Source: Candidatus Micrarchaeota archaeon (lineage in GTDB: Archaea > Micrarchaeota > Micrarchaeia > Anstonellales > Bilamarchaeaceae). Taken from it: a stretch of DNA of 64,000 bases. A program made the translations under genes and the position numbers. The DNA is taken from assembly GCA_014730115.1 (NCBI GenBank), contig WJIU01000037.1, positions 422-64,421 on the forward strand. The letters are read 5' to 3'. Numbering within the stretch: the stretch's first letter is position 1; each line of letters begins with the position of its first letter. The notes beneath the pieces were generated by a model. That model did not search any database, had not been told where the DNA came from, and saw only the letters and a program-made list of their open reading frames with translations. Positions 17,667 through 26,355 of the stretch are shown piece after piece.

Positions 17667-19141
17667 AAGACATGCAGAGGATAACGACCGCGGATGCCAG
17701 GATTTTCATCTATTCAGGTGTTATGGGAATCTTTCAAAGGACGTTTCATGAGACCGGCCTTGAATTCGGCGAATACTGCGCTGTCTGGAAGGAAAGCATT
17801 GGGGAGGAATGGATGGATGAAGCAAAGATGGAAAAATGCACCGGCGAAATCCTGGAAAGGGAAAAGGCAAATCCCGGCTATCTTGAAAATCTGATTAAGG
17901 CGTTTAAGAGAAAGGAAAGGCTTTACCATGATTATGTGGCAGGGCTGGAAAGCCTTGCTTTCAGCAGTCTTGCAATTGAAGAGCTGATAGGACATTACTG
18001 GACGTTTATTGAGCTTTACCACAACCAGTTCTGCCTTCCGGTCCTGCCCCTTATTTACAAGGAGCACCTTTCGGACCGTCTTTACAAGAGGATTCAGCCG
18101 AGGTTCGGCGACAGGACCGCCGGGGTTCTTTCCTGCATAACCACTTCGGACCGGGAAACCTTCTCCTATCAGCAGAGAAAGTCCATGCTGGAAATTGCTG
18201 CAAGGGTTTTTGATGCCGGCCATGGGAATGTGTTCAGCAACAACACTCCCTGCGAAATCCTTGATTTTTTGAAGAGCGATATGCCGGAAATCCATGAAGA
18301 GCTTGTCCGCCATTCCAGCAAGTATTTCTGGATAAACAACAACTACCGCAGGGCAGTGGTTCTGAAACCGCTTGATTTCATAGAAAAGATAAAGGATGAG
18401 GCTGTTTCTTTTGACCACCCAGGGGAAGAGCTCAGGATAATGGATGAAACCAGTAGAAATGCCCTTGAAAACAAAAAAAGATATCTGGAAGAGCTGGATG
18501 AAGAAGAAAAAGTCATAAGCCGCCTGCTTGCCGAAGGCTCCTGGTGGCAGGACCAGAGAAAGAAGAACAACCTTATCGCAGGACATGTCCTGATGCAGTT
18601 CCTGGAAGAGGCAAGCTCCAGGACCGGCATTGAAGCCAACATTCTCCTGAACGCAACCGTCTATGAGCTTCCTCTTGTATTGAACAATAAAATTGGAAAA
18701 GAAATTTTGGAAAAAAGGTATGATGAGGGGTTCAGCCTTTACACCGACCATTCGCCGGAAGGCTATTTCGTGAAATCAGCACCCGGAAAGAGATACAGGC
18801 TGGACAAAGTGGAGAAGGTGGAGGAAATCCGCGGAACCCCGGCCTCACGGGGCAGTGCTGAGGGGGAAGCCGTAGTAATCACCAGGGAAGAGGAATTCAA
18901 CAAGATGAAGGACGGCGCCATCCTGGTGGCGGTCATGACCAGGCCGGAATATACCCCGCTCATGAAAAGGGCCGCAGGGATAATTACCGATGAAGGCGGC
19001 CTGACCTGCCATGCCGCGGTGGTTTCAAGGGAGTTCAGGATTCCCTGCATCGTGGGGACCAGGATTGCAACCTCAGTTCTCAGGGATGGCGACCGGGTAA
19101 GGCTTGATGCAGACAAAGGAAAAGCGGAAGTCTCAGGCTAG
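17663..19141 (+). CDS. protein with a C-terminal PEP-utilizer mobile (phosphohistidine swivel) domain and an unassigned about 380-aa N-terminal region
   Basis: GTPASRGSAEGEAVV...DGAILVAVMTRPEYTPLMKRAAGIITDEGGLTCHAAVVSREFRIPCIVGT. The ATG at 17663 overlaps the upstream TGA (ATGA). Confidence 0.75.
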   Translation: MKDMQRITTADARIFIYSGVMGIFQRTFHETGLEFGEYCAVWKESIGEEWMDEAKMEKCTGEILEREKANPGYLENLIKAFKRKERLYHDYVAGLESLAFSSLAIEELIGHYWTFIELYHNQFCLPVLPLIYKEHLSDRLYKRIQPRFGDRTAGVLSCITTSDRETFSYQQRKSMLEIAARVFDAGHGNVFSNNTPCEILDFLKSDMPEIHEELVRHSSKYFWINNNYRRAVVLKPLDFIEKIKDEAVSFDHPGEELRIMDETSRNALENKKRYLEELDEEEKVISRLLAEGSWWQDQRKKNNLIAGHVLMQFLEEASSRTGIEANILLNATVYELPLVLNNKIGKEILEKRYDEGFSLYTDHSPEGYFVKSAPGKRYRLDKVEKVEEIRGTPASRGSAEGEAVVITREEEFNKMKDGAILVAVMTRPEYTPLMKRAAGIITDEGGLTCHAAVVSREFRIPCIVGTRIATSVLRDGDRVRLDADKGKAEVSG

Positions 19142-20055
19142 GCCTCTCCGATTGGAAGTCCCCAGGTATTGACAAGGTTCTCGAATTCAATTCTTGAATG
19201 CTCCATCTCCCGGTGGGCAGCAACCACGTTGGTTGCAGTCAGGAGAAGCTCCCGGCTGGACATGTGGCCGGTGTAGCTGCCGATGACAGCCTGCATGAAC
19301 TGGGTAGGAATTCCCCCTCCCAGGACCGCCTGCTTCACGTCCAGCTCGAAATCATCCTCAAAATACATTATCATTCCGCGGTGCATGAAGCCTCTTGGCA
19401 CAACGAAAGCAGTGTCAGGTTCCCTTCCTGATATTGCCTTGATGCGTGCAACCGTGGAAAAGTCCCTTTCTGCAAGAAGCTTTCCTGTGCTTCTGATGTA
19501 CTTGAGCATCAGGTCGATTGCATCGGAGTCGAGCAGGTGCTCCTTTGCGCGGCTCTTTGTTGCCTCCAGCTCCCAGTAAAGGCAGGCTGATTCAAATGTC
19601 TGCGGCTCAAGTATGTTTCTGACCGCGCCGGGACGTTCCTGGTTGATGGAAAGGATTGTACCATGGAATCCCCAGTCCCTTTTGAATCCATCCATGGCTT
19701 TGCCCATGTCCATTGTTGAGGCCATCCTGACATTGAGGCGAGACTCAATCTGGGTAAAGGCATCAGTCATTATATCTATGACCTGCTTCATCTGGTGTGA
19801 CCTCAGGTCCTCCAGCTCCGGGTCGAAATCCCCTCTCCGGATGTTCAGGGAAAGCACTGCGGCTCTTTTCTGCTCCTCACTGAAGTCAAAAAGGTCTGCG
19901 GTGTTCAGTGCATGCACCACAACCGCGCGGCCGCCTTCCTGCCTCACGTGCTTTTCCAGAAACGGCGAGACCGCTGACCTGAAGAACTTCTTGTCCGGCA
20001 TCTTTGTCTGGTTTCCCTTGTATCCAAATGCAAGGAGTACTCTGGGCTTTTGCAT
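19138..20055 (-). CDS. hypothetical protein (family shared with 42192..43127)
   Basis: 305-aa ORF with a CTTTATAAAT box about 30 nt upstream. Shares SPFLEKHV, GFKRDW, ELEATKSRAK and VVPRGFMH blocks with the 42192 protein. Confidence 0.65.
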   Translation of the reverse strand: MQKPRVLLAFGYKGNQTKMPDKKFFRSAVSPFLEKHVRQEGGRAVVVHALNTADLFDFSEEQKRAAVLSLNIRRGDFDPELEDLRSHQMKQVIDIMTDAFTQIESRLNVRMASTMDMGKAMDGFKRDWGFHGTILSINQERPGAVRNILEPQTFESACLYWELEATKSRAKEHLLDSDAIDLMLKYIRSTGKLLAERDFSTVARIKAISGREPDTAFVVPRGFMHRGMIMYFEDDFELDVKQAVLGGGIPTQFMQAVIGSYTGHMSSRELLLTATNVVAAHREMEHSRIEFENLVNTWGLPIGEA

Positions 20056-20109
20056 GTTTGTATATCAGAACAAACGATTTATAAAGGTCGCACTTTGTGG
20101 CCTTGGATG

Positions 20110-21123
20110 TTAATATTCACCCAGACGAAGTGTTTTCAGCCTGTCCCTGAATTCCTTTGACATCTCTGTGCAGAAGCGGTCCAGCACCTTTCTTACTTTT
20201 GATTCAGGAGAAATCTTGAAGGTAATCTTGAAGCTGTGCACGCCCTCCTCCACTCCGGAGTAGAAAACCCCGGGCTTGTACTCGTCGGAAATGTCTTCCA
20301 GGTCAATGGCTATTTTTGAGGAAATTGCGGATATCCTTTCCTTGATTTTGACCGAATCCTTGCCCGACACCCTGGCAAGCACGTACATCTCGCTTATTTC
20401 CTCGGGGTCGATCTCGAACTGGCGGTTGAAGAACTGGAAATTGGGAATTACTATGGTCTTGCCTTCTATTGTCTTGAGAAGGGTGGACCTCCCGTGAACA
20501 GATTCCACAAAGCCGGCATTGCCGTTAATTTTTATCAGATGGCCGGCATCCACATAGTAGTCGCCGAGCTGGAATCCGGCAATTATGCTTTTCACCTGGT
20601 CAAACCCTGCGGCAAAAAGCAGCACAACCAGGAAAAAGCCGCTGACCATGACTGCAGAGCCTATGTCCGCACTCAGTACATTTATGGAGAGCAGTATGGC
20701 AAAGAGATAGAGTATGATTCCTGCAGTGCTTTTAACCAGCCCGATGGAGCGGTAGATGCCGGAGCGGTCCTTGGCCCTTTTCTGCTGTACGTCAATGCCG
20801 GTAAGCACCAGACGGACCACAATGTTTGCAACCGCAAAGATTATCAGTATCTCAAGTATCTTGAGGATTTCCCCGCTGAGCAGCCCCCGGTCGACAAAGG
20901 CAACTGCGACTGCCAGGGACAGCAGGACAAATATGAATGCAAACGAGAAGAAAAGCTCCTTCAGGGTCCTGGGGACAAAATAAAACTTGGATTTCCCCAT
21001 TACCGAGAATATTGTCCTGAGAAGAGCTGACCAGACAATCAGCATCACCAGGAAGGATGCGGTGAAAATCCCTCCCCCCATAAGCACCTGGTTGACTGAA
21101 ATTTCTCCTATGAATGCTACCAT
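20110..21123 (-). CDS. MscS-family mechanosensitive channel
   Basis: Four to five TM helices followed by a beta domain (GDYYVDAGHLIKINGNAGFVESVHGRSTLLKTIEGKTIVIPN). GAGGAGG sits 9 nt before the ATG at 21123; the track start at 21141 is TTG. Confidence 0.7.
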   Translation of the reverse strand: MVAFIGEISVNQVLMGGGIFTASFLVMLIVWSALLRTIFSVMGKSKFYFVPRTLKELFFSFAFIFVLLSLAVAVAFVDRGLLSGEILKILEILIIFAVANIVVRLVLTGIDVQQKRAKDRSGIYRSIGLVKSTAGIILYLFAILLSINVLSADIGSAVMVSGFFLVVLLFAAGFDQVKSIIAGFQLGDYYVDAGHLIKINGNAGFVESVHGRSTLLKTIEGKTIVIPNFQFFNRQFEIDPEEISEMYVLARVSGKDSVKIKERISAISSKIAIDLEDISDEYKPGVFYSGVEEGVHSFKITFKISPESKVRKVLDRFCTEMSKEFRDRLKTLRLGEY

Positions 21124-21153
21124 GAATCCTAACCTCCTCAATAATTTATAAAC

Positions 21154-22452
21154 CTAAAGTATCTTTCGCGTATTCTTGATTTCGGCGGAAAGCCTGTTGG
21201 CATGGTAAAGGGCGACATGGTTGAGCATGTCCTCAGGTATTTCCTTGTCGGTATCGTAGCCGTTCTTTTTTACCATTTCCAGTATTTCATCCGAAACTGT
21301 CTTTCTTTCATCCAGCATTTTTTTCAGGTAGGGAACCTTTCTCCTGGTTAGCTTTGCCACCAGGCTGTAGAGTGCAGAGCAGTAGCTGTGCACCCAGTCG
21401 GAATCAAAGCCGTTTATTACGCTCTGCCTTTCCAGATTCCTGAGAGTGGCATGCGGCGGAATGTATATGTTGCCGTCCTCCACTACGAAAGGCTCCTCGA
21501 TGCCAATATCAGAAGGAACTACATTCAGCTGTTTTTTCTCTATCGCCTTGAGGGCATGGTAAAGCAGCCTGGACGAGGCGAATATCACCGGCGGATGGTT
21601 CATGTCCGGGCCCCGGTATTCATAGGTCCCTATCTTGTTTACCCGAAGAGGCCCCCACATGAATTTCAGGGTGGGAAATCCGGCGATTTCATTGGTGGGA
21701 TAGTTGGCCTGCTCCAGAAGCTTCAGCCATTCGGTCTTTCTCTGGTCTGCCATCACCCTTATGTCCTCCAGGGTGTACTCATAGCCTGAAAACGAGCCGA
21801 ACATGGGAAGATAGTAGTGGATTCCCCTCAGGGAGTCGCCGTTTTTGGTAACCTTCAGGTCCCTGTAGACCAGCACCCTGCTGTCCTTTGCCCAGTTGAA
21901 GCCCATCCAGATGGGCGTGGACTGGCAGAATGTCAGGATTGCAGGGTCGCACGCTCCCAGGAAATTGTACTGGTGGATGAAGGTGTTGACTGTCTTGGAC
22001 CTTCCGACCCTTTTAATCATCTCGGTCTTTTTCTGGACAATCCCCTCCGGAAGGGTGTAATGAAAATGGAATCCTGAAATCCTTCCCTCTTTCACCACAT
22101 CCTTGCCCAGCACAGCCTTCTTTGCATCATACCATGAATTGGTGTGCAGCCCGGGCATCTCTCTTCCGGGATGGCAGCCCAGGGGAAGAAGCCGGTATCC
22201 GATTCCCTCGGCAAGCTCTACCAGCTCCTGCAGGTTCTCCAGGAATGCAAACCCGCACTCCTTTATGCTCCTTTTTTCCTTGGCCCCGAGTTCCACCATG
22301 CATTTGGAAAGCTCCTTTCTTACGTATTTTTCTATTCTTTTTCCCTTGACTGCCTCAAGTATGTCCGGGGCACCATTGACAAGCTTGCCCTCCTCATTGA
22401 GGGTGAACATCTCTATCTCTAGGCCGTACATTGACTTACGTTTAAGTGCCAT
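21154..22452 (-). CDS. carboxylate-amine ligase / glutamate-cysteine ligase family 2-like
   Basis: N-terminal MYGLEIEMFTLNEEG and GFHFHYTLP motifs. The TTG track start at 22476 lies inside the TATA-like TTTTTATT, so ATG at 22452 is preferred. Confidence 0.6.
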   Translation of the reverse strand: MALKRKSMYGLEIEMFTLNEEGKLVNGAPDILEAVKGKRIEKYVRKELSKCMVELGAKEKRSIKECGFAFLENLQELVELAEGIGYRLLPLGCHPGREMPGLHTNSWYDAKKAVLGKDVVKEGRISGFHFHYTLPEGIVQKKTEMIKRVGRSKTVNTFIHQYNFLGACDPAILTFCQSTPIWMGFNWAKDSRVLVYRDLKVTKNGDSLRGIHYYLPMFGSFSGYEYTLEDIRVMADQRKTEWLKLLEQANYPTNEIAGFPTLKFMWGPLRVNKIGTYEYRGPDMNHPPVIFASSRLLYHALKAIEKKQLNVVPSDIGIEEPFVVEDGNIYIPPHATLRNLERQSVINGFDSDWVHSYCSALYSLVAKLTRRKVPYLKKMLDERKTVSDEILEMVKKNGYDTDKEIPEDMLNHVALYHANRLSAEIKNTRKIL

Positions 22453-22503
22453 CAAAACTGATAGGGGAATAAGCAATAAAAAGCTATCAAGTGTGACCCT
22501 TAC

Positions 22504-23424
22504 ATGGGATTGAGAGAGGAATGGAGGGTAGCCCAGATTTCCCTGGCATTAACCCTTCTGGGAATAGTCTTTCTTGCAGTGACAGCAATATTTTATGCGG
22601 TTTCCGGCACTGCAGACAACAAAACCGTGGAAAACCAGACTGTTCCGCCTGAGCCCGGAATGGCTGAAAATACCTCGCTTCCCCTGGCCAACGATTCTGG
22701 CTTTCCGGAGATGGAAGAAGACATCTTCGAAATGGTGAACCGGAAAAGAGAGGAAAACAGCACTGCCCCGCTGGAATGGAATGAAGAGCTCGCCTGGGTA
22801 GCCAGGCAGCACAGCCGGGAGCTTGCCAGGGAGAACAGGCCGCTCACCGAGCCTGACCTGGCCTGTCCGAGGCCCTTTATCCACCACGAAGGGTTTGGGT
22901 TCGGCTTGTATCATTATGACCGGCTCCGCAACAGCGGCATCCATTACTTCGGCTATTCCGGTGAAAACATTTTCACCATTCCGGCATGGAAGAACGCCAC
23001 ATCCTACCCTGAGGAGCTGCCCGAAGAATGTCCTGATGAGGAGCGCATTGTTTCCCCTTATGAAGGGGAGCATCCGGAAGAGCAGGTGAAAGAAGCCTAC
23101 CGGGAACTGCTGGAATTTGCTGAAAATGCGGAAAGGGTCAGCTGGAGCGAAGTGGAATGGTATGGCCGGGAGGAACTGGAGAGAAATATAGTGAGCGGCT
23201 GGACGAACAGCACCGGCCACCGGGAACTTATGCTGGACAGCTCCTTTGATGAAACAGGAATAGGGATTGCAAAGGTCAATGACTATTATTTTATTACCCA
23301 GATTTTCATTGAAAGGCTGGAATGCGGCTACAAGACCGGCCCCTGCTGCGAGGAGGAGGGCTTTTACCCATACTGTTTTGAGCCCATGGTCTGCGAGGAA
23401 GGCGTCTGCACTATTCCTCAATGA
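22504..23424 (+). CDS. membrane-anchored CAP/SCP/PR1-like extracellular protein with a Cys-rich tail
   Basis: TM helix ISLALTLLGIVFLAVTAIFYAV, sequons NKT/NQT/NTS/NDS, MVNRKREENSTAPLEWNEELAWVARQHSRELA, SGENI, TGHRELML, and the tail CGYKTGPCCEEEGFYPYCFEPMVCEEGVC. Confidence 0.7.
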   Translation: MGLREEWRVAQISLALTLLGIVFLAVTAIFYAVSGTADNKTVENQTVPPEPGMAENTSLPLANDSGFPEMEEDIFEMVNRKREENSTAPLEWNEELAWVARQHSRELARENRPLTEPDLACPRPFIHHEGFGFGLYHYDRLRNSGIHYFGYSGENIFTIPAWKNATSYPEELPEECPDEERIVSPYEGEHPEEQVKEAYRELLEFAENAERVSWSEVEWYGREELERNIVSGWTNSTGHRELMLDSSFDETGIGIAKVNDYYFITQIFIERLECGYKTGPCCEEEGFYPYCFEPMVCEEGVCTIPQ

Positions 23425-24478
23425 CCACAGTCATGTCGTCCACTTTGCCTGTCTTCAGGGAGTTCATGATTGCAAGTCTTGTTATTCGCTCTGCGACTAT
23501 TATGCTGTCAGGGGTTTCCCGGTAAAACTGCGCCAGCTTCCTGTTGGTTCTGGCAACAGGATTGGTAATGCCGTCAGAAGTAAGTATCAGTTTCCTGCCC
23601 TTCCGGATGTGCTCTTCTACCATGCAATCCTCAAAACAGCAGGGCTGGCCGGCAATGCAGGCAAGTGCTCTCTCATGCCCCACCCTTTCCACCATTGTCT
23701 TTCCTTCGTAATCAAACTGCACAAAGGCGTAGCTGTCCCCGAACTTGTATACTGATTTTCTTGAGCCGTCAGGTATGCCTGCCAAGATGGTGGTGCTGCC
23801 CAGAGAGGCGATTCCCATGTACATGTCCTTCATGCCCAGCACCATAACCCCGGAGATGTCCTGGCTTATGTCCCGTATTACGCCCCGCGGGTCAATGAGC
23901 AGGGCGCCGATGTTTTCCCGCAATTTTTTCATTGCAAGGTAACTGGCGGCAGAAGAGAATCTCTCGGTTGAGCAGCCGTCAGCCAGGGCCATAGCCCTTT
24001 CCCCGTTTTTCCCGTACAGAAGGCAGGAATCCTGGTTGAGTCCCCTGGTCTTTTTTACGGTAACTGCATAGCCCAGCCCGGGAATATGGGTGCGGAAGGA
24101 GCCCAGGAACCTCCAGTATGAATTGGCTTCCCGGTCAAGCTCAAGCCGGATTCTGTTCAGTTCCGGGTCGCCTTCAAACAAAAAGCCTTCAGAAAAAATC
24201 TCGTTGCCGTCCTCAAGGTATTTCCTTCTCTTCTCTCTGGCTTTGTGCATCTCTGCCTTGACCTTTGCAATTCCAAGCCACCTGTCACCTGGACCCATCG
24301 CTTCATAAGTTTTTTGAACGACCATGGAGCGGACCAGTTCAAACCGGAGGCGGTCAATCCTGCTGCCGCTCTTAAGCGACTGCCTGTAGCTGTCGAGAAG
24401 GATTCTCCTGGCCTTTGCAAACGGGTTTTTTGACTTTTTCACCCTTTTTGCACGGCCCATTAAATGCTTTACATCCAC
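23411..24478 (-). CDS. PP2C (PPM)-family protein phosphatase-like with an about 130-aa N-terminal extension
   Basis: GLNQDSCLL, MALADGCS, LGSTTILAG, LILTSDGITN and KVDDMTVVIEE follow the PPM motif order. GTG start with GGTGA 9 nt upstream. Confidence 0.65.
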   Translation of the reverse strand: MDVKHLMGRAKRVKKSKNPFAKARRILLDSYRQSLKSGSRIDRLRFELVRSMVVQKTYEAMGPGDRWLGIAKVKAEMHKAREKRRKYLEDGNEIFSEGFLFEGDPELNRIRLELDREANSYWRFLGSFRTHIPGLGYAVTVKKTRGLNQDSCLLYGKNGERAMALADGCSTERFSSAASYLAMKKLRENIGALLIDPRGVIRDISQDISGVMVLGMKDMYMGIASLGSTTILAGIPDGSRKSVYKFGDSYAFVQFDYEGKTMVERVGHERALACIAGQPCCFEDCMVEEHIRKGRKLILTSDGITNPVARTNRKLAQFYRETPDSIIVAERITRLAIMNSLKTGKVDDMTVVIEE

Positions 24479-24519
24479 GTTTATAATTCACCACAAAAAC
24501 ATATAAAATTAGGCTACCT

Positions 24520-24551
24520 AAAAAAAAAGAATAAAAACGGGCATGGCCCGC
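24520..24551 (-). terminator. hairpin plus T-run terminator candidate
   Basis: On the minus strand, GCGGGCcatGCCCG is followed by TTTTTATTCTTTTTTTTT, 10 nt after the stop at 24561. Confidence 0.55.
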
Positions 24552-24560
24552 AGGTTTAAT

Positions 24561-25109
24561 TCAGCAGCCCCCCATTGCGCAGCGGTACATTATCACCGCA
24601 GAGATTCCCGGGTCGGCCGGTTCGGAAGGCCTGCTCACAGGCTTTTTCTCCTCGGGTTTGGGAAGCCGGGATGCCATGTTCCTGATGCTTTCCGCCTGTT
24701 TGCCGGTGACAACGAGATAAGGATAGACGTGTGTGCCATACAAGTTATCCTCCTCGCCCTCATATTTTTCAGAGGTCTGTACGCCGTGCAGACCTGGCGG
24801 GCCGGGCAGTTCCCGGACATACGCCAGGGATACCCCCTGTTCACCAAGGTCCTTTTTCTGGTCTGATGTCAGACCATCAGTCTTGGCAAGGAGCTTCCTT
24901 CCCTTGGCATCCCCAAGCCTCTCAAGAGGCTTTACACCTGCTCTTTTTTCAACCACATAGAGACCAGTATCCGACTTTTTACGGTCAAGTGAAACCACAT
25001 CTGCTATGCTGGTCCTGGCTCTGCTGCTCTGAAGGCCTGCAATACCTTTCATTCCGCCCTTCTCCGCAACAGGCTTTCTCTGGTTCAAAACTGCTTCTGC
25101 ATGTCTCAT
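24561..25109 (-). CDS. hypothetical protein (182 aa)
   Basis: GAGGTGA sits 5-6 nt before the ATG at 25109 (the track start at 25118 is a GTG inside the SD). No recognisable motif. Follows directly after the small HTH reading frame. Confidence 0.55.
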   Translation of the reverse strand: MRHAEAVLNQRKPVAEKGGMKGIAGLQSSRARTSIADVVSLDRKKSDTGLYVVEKRAGVKPLERLGDAKGRKLLAKTDGLTSDQKKDLGEQGVSLAYVRELPGPPGLHGVQTSEKYEGEEDNLYGTHVYPYLVVTGKQAESIRNMASRLPKPEEKKPVSRPSEPADPGISAVIMYRCAMGGC

Positions 25110-25119
25110 AGTTTTCACC

Positions 25120-25363
25120 TCATGCTGCGTGCAGGGCCTGTACCGCCCTCCAGACAGTCATCCTGGAAACTCTAAGTATATCTGCGATTTCACGCAAAGA
25201 ATACGGCTTGGTGTAATAGAGTTCCAGCAGTTTCTCCAGCTTCTCCCCGCTCAGGGCAGCTGGCCTTCCTTTCCTACAACTAGTGCCGGTTTCGACATTT
25301 CCTATATCCTGCTTTTCAGACGCCGGGGCCCCTGAAAAGTAAATCCCTTCCGTTCTTGTTCAT
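25120..25363 (-). pseudogene. small resolvase-type HTH protein whose start codon and HTH lie in different frames (frameshift, sequencing error or recoding)
   Basis: GGAGGTG plus the ATG at 25363 opens a 15-codon frame. The +1 frame (25359..25120) encodes ...RKGRPAALSGEKLEKLLELYYTKPYSLREIADILRVSRMTVWRAVQALHAA with no ATG/GTG/TTG start. A GGGGCCCC run lies at 25323-25334. Confidence 0.45.
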
Positions 25364-25389
25364 TCCGATACACCTCCTAGTACATGGTA

Positions 25390-25437
25390 GTGTATTTAGG
25401 AACACAAATACTTTTAAATGAGTGTCACAAAATACAC
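25390..25437. promoter_or_regulatory. operator-like repeats in a divergent promoter region
   Basis: GTGTATTT (25390-25397) is the reverse complement of AAATACAC (25430-25437). CACAAATAC (25403-25411) and CACAAAATACAC (25426-25437) are direct copies. The region lies between the HTH gene and the 25570 gene. Confidence 0.4.
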
Positions 25438-25569
25438 CAAACCTATGTTTTTTGGGCCTTTCCAGTATCAATTGTACAAATTGAGGGCTGATTTTATTTA
25501 TTTAAACAAATTATAGTGTTTAAAAGAGAAAGAAAAAGGTTATAAATCACGCCCTACAATATAATATGC

Positions 25570-26355
25570 ATGGCAGGAAGGCGTTTTGATTCCAAAGACA
25601 AACCCGATTCCAGGAAAGCTGATGCTACAGTCGCCGACTCAATGAGGGTTCCTGACCCAAGGTTCGACAAGATAAGCTCTTTCTTTTCATCCGCGGACAA
25701 ACTGCCCGCAATCAAGAAAAAACTTGGCTCCTGCGCTGTTCTCCACAATGACACCAAGGTTGTCTTTGATAATTTTGTTGCCAATCTCAGGGGCATGGGA
25801 AGGTTCTCAATCGGAGGGGTGAATTTTGTTTCTCTGCGTACAAGGGGCAGCAACTTCCTGCTCTGCGACCGTTCCGCTGAAAACCTTTATGAAGTCAGCA
25901 CCGGCCTTATGGACGTGGACCTGAAGAGAAGATTGATTCTCCAGAGCAACGGGGGAAAATTTCTGTACCTTTATCTTGTCACTTCTGAAGAAATAGAAAG
26001 AATGGCAATGCTTGCGGCAAAAGACAAGAAGCAGGAAGACAAAAACACCCTTGTGCACAACGGGGCAAACGGCCCGGCCGTGGACTTCGACAGCTTTGTG
26101 GGCAAGCTCAAAAACTGCACTTTCCTCGGAGGCACAGAAGACAGCTTTGATGTGCTGGAATTTGCGGCCAGCGTCCAGTTCGCCATAACCTACGAGGATA
26201 CCCTGGGAAATCCCTATTACTATATTATTGCGGGGAAGGAAAACGACGGATACAGGCTTTATGTTGACCGGCCCACCCATGACCTTGACAGCTTCCAGGC
26301 GATGCACATGCTCTCATTCAACCAGGAGATGTGCAAGCTTTTCCGGGAGGACTAG
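25570..26355 (+). CDS. hypothetical protein (261 aa)
   Basis: ATG ORF with AAGGTTATAAATC box about 25 nt upstream, so it may be leaderless. No recognisable motif. Confidence 0.6.
   Translation: MAGRRFDSKDKPDSRKADATVADSMRVPDPRFDKISSFFSSADKLPAIKKKLGSCAVLHNDTKVVFDNFVANLRGMGRFSIGGVNFVSLRTRGSNFLLCDRSAENLYEVSTGLMDVDLKRRLILQSNGGKFLYLYLVTSEEIERMAMLAAKDKKQEDKNTLVHNGANGPAVDFDSFVGKLKNCTFLGGTEDSFDVLEFAASVQFAITYEDTLGNPYYYIIAGKENDGYRLYVDRPTHDLDSFQAMHMLSFNQEMCKLFRED

Noticed and set aside
17714-18751. 345-aa minus-strand ORF
   Set aside because: It is antisense to the PEP-utilizer swivel-domain gene, with no motif and low-complexity, Phe/Lys-rich sequence.
22549-23421. 290-aa minus-strand ORF
   Set aside because: It is antisense to the CAP-domain gene, which has clear family motifs.
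25129-25335. 68-aa plus-strand ORF
   Set aside because: It lies opposite the HTH reading frame, which carries a recognisable DNA-binding motif and an RBS-linked start nearby.
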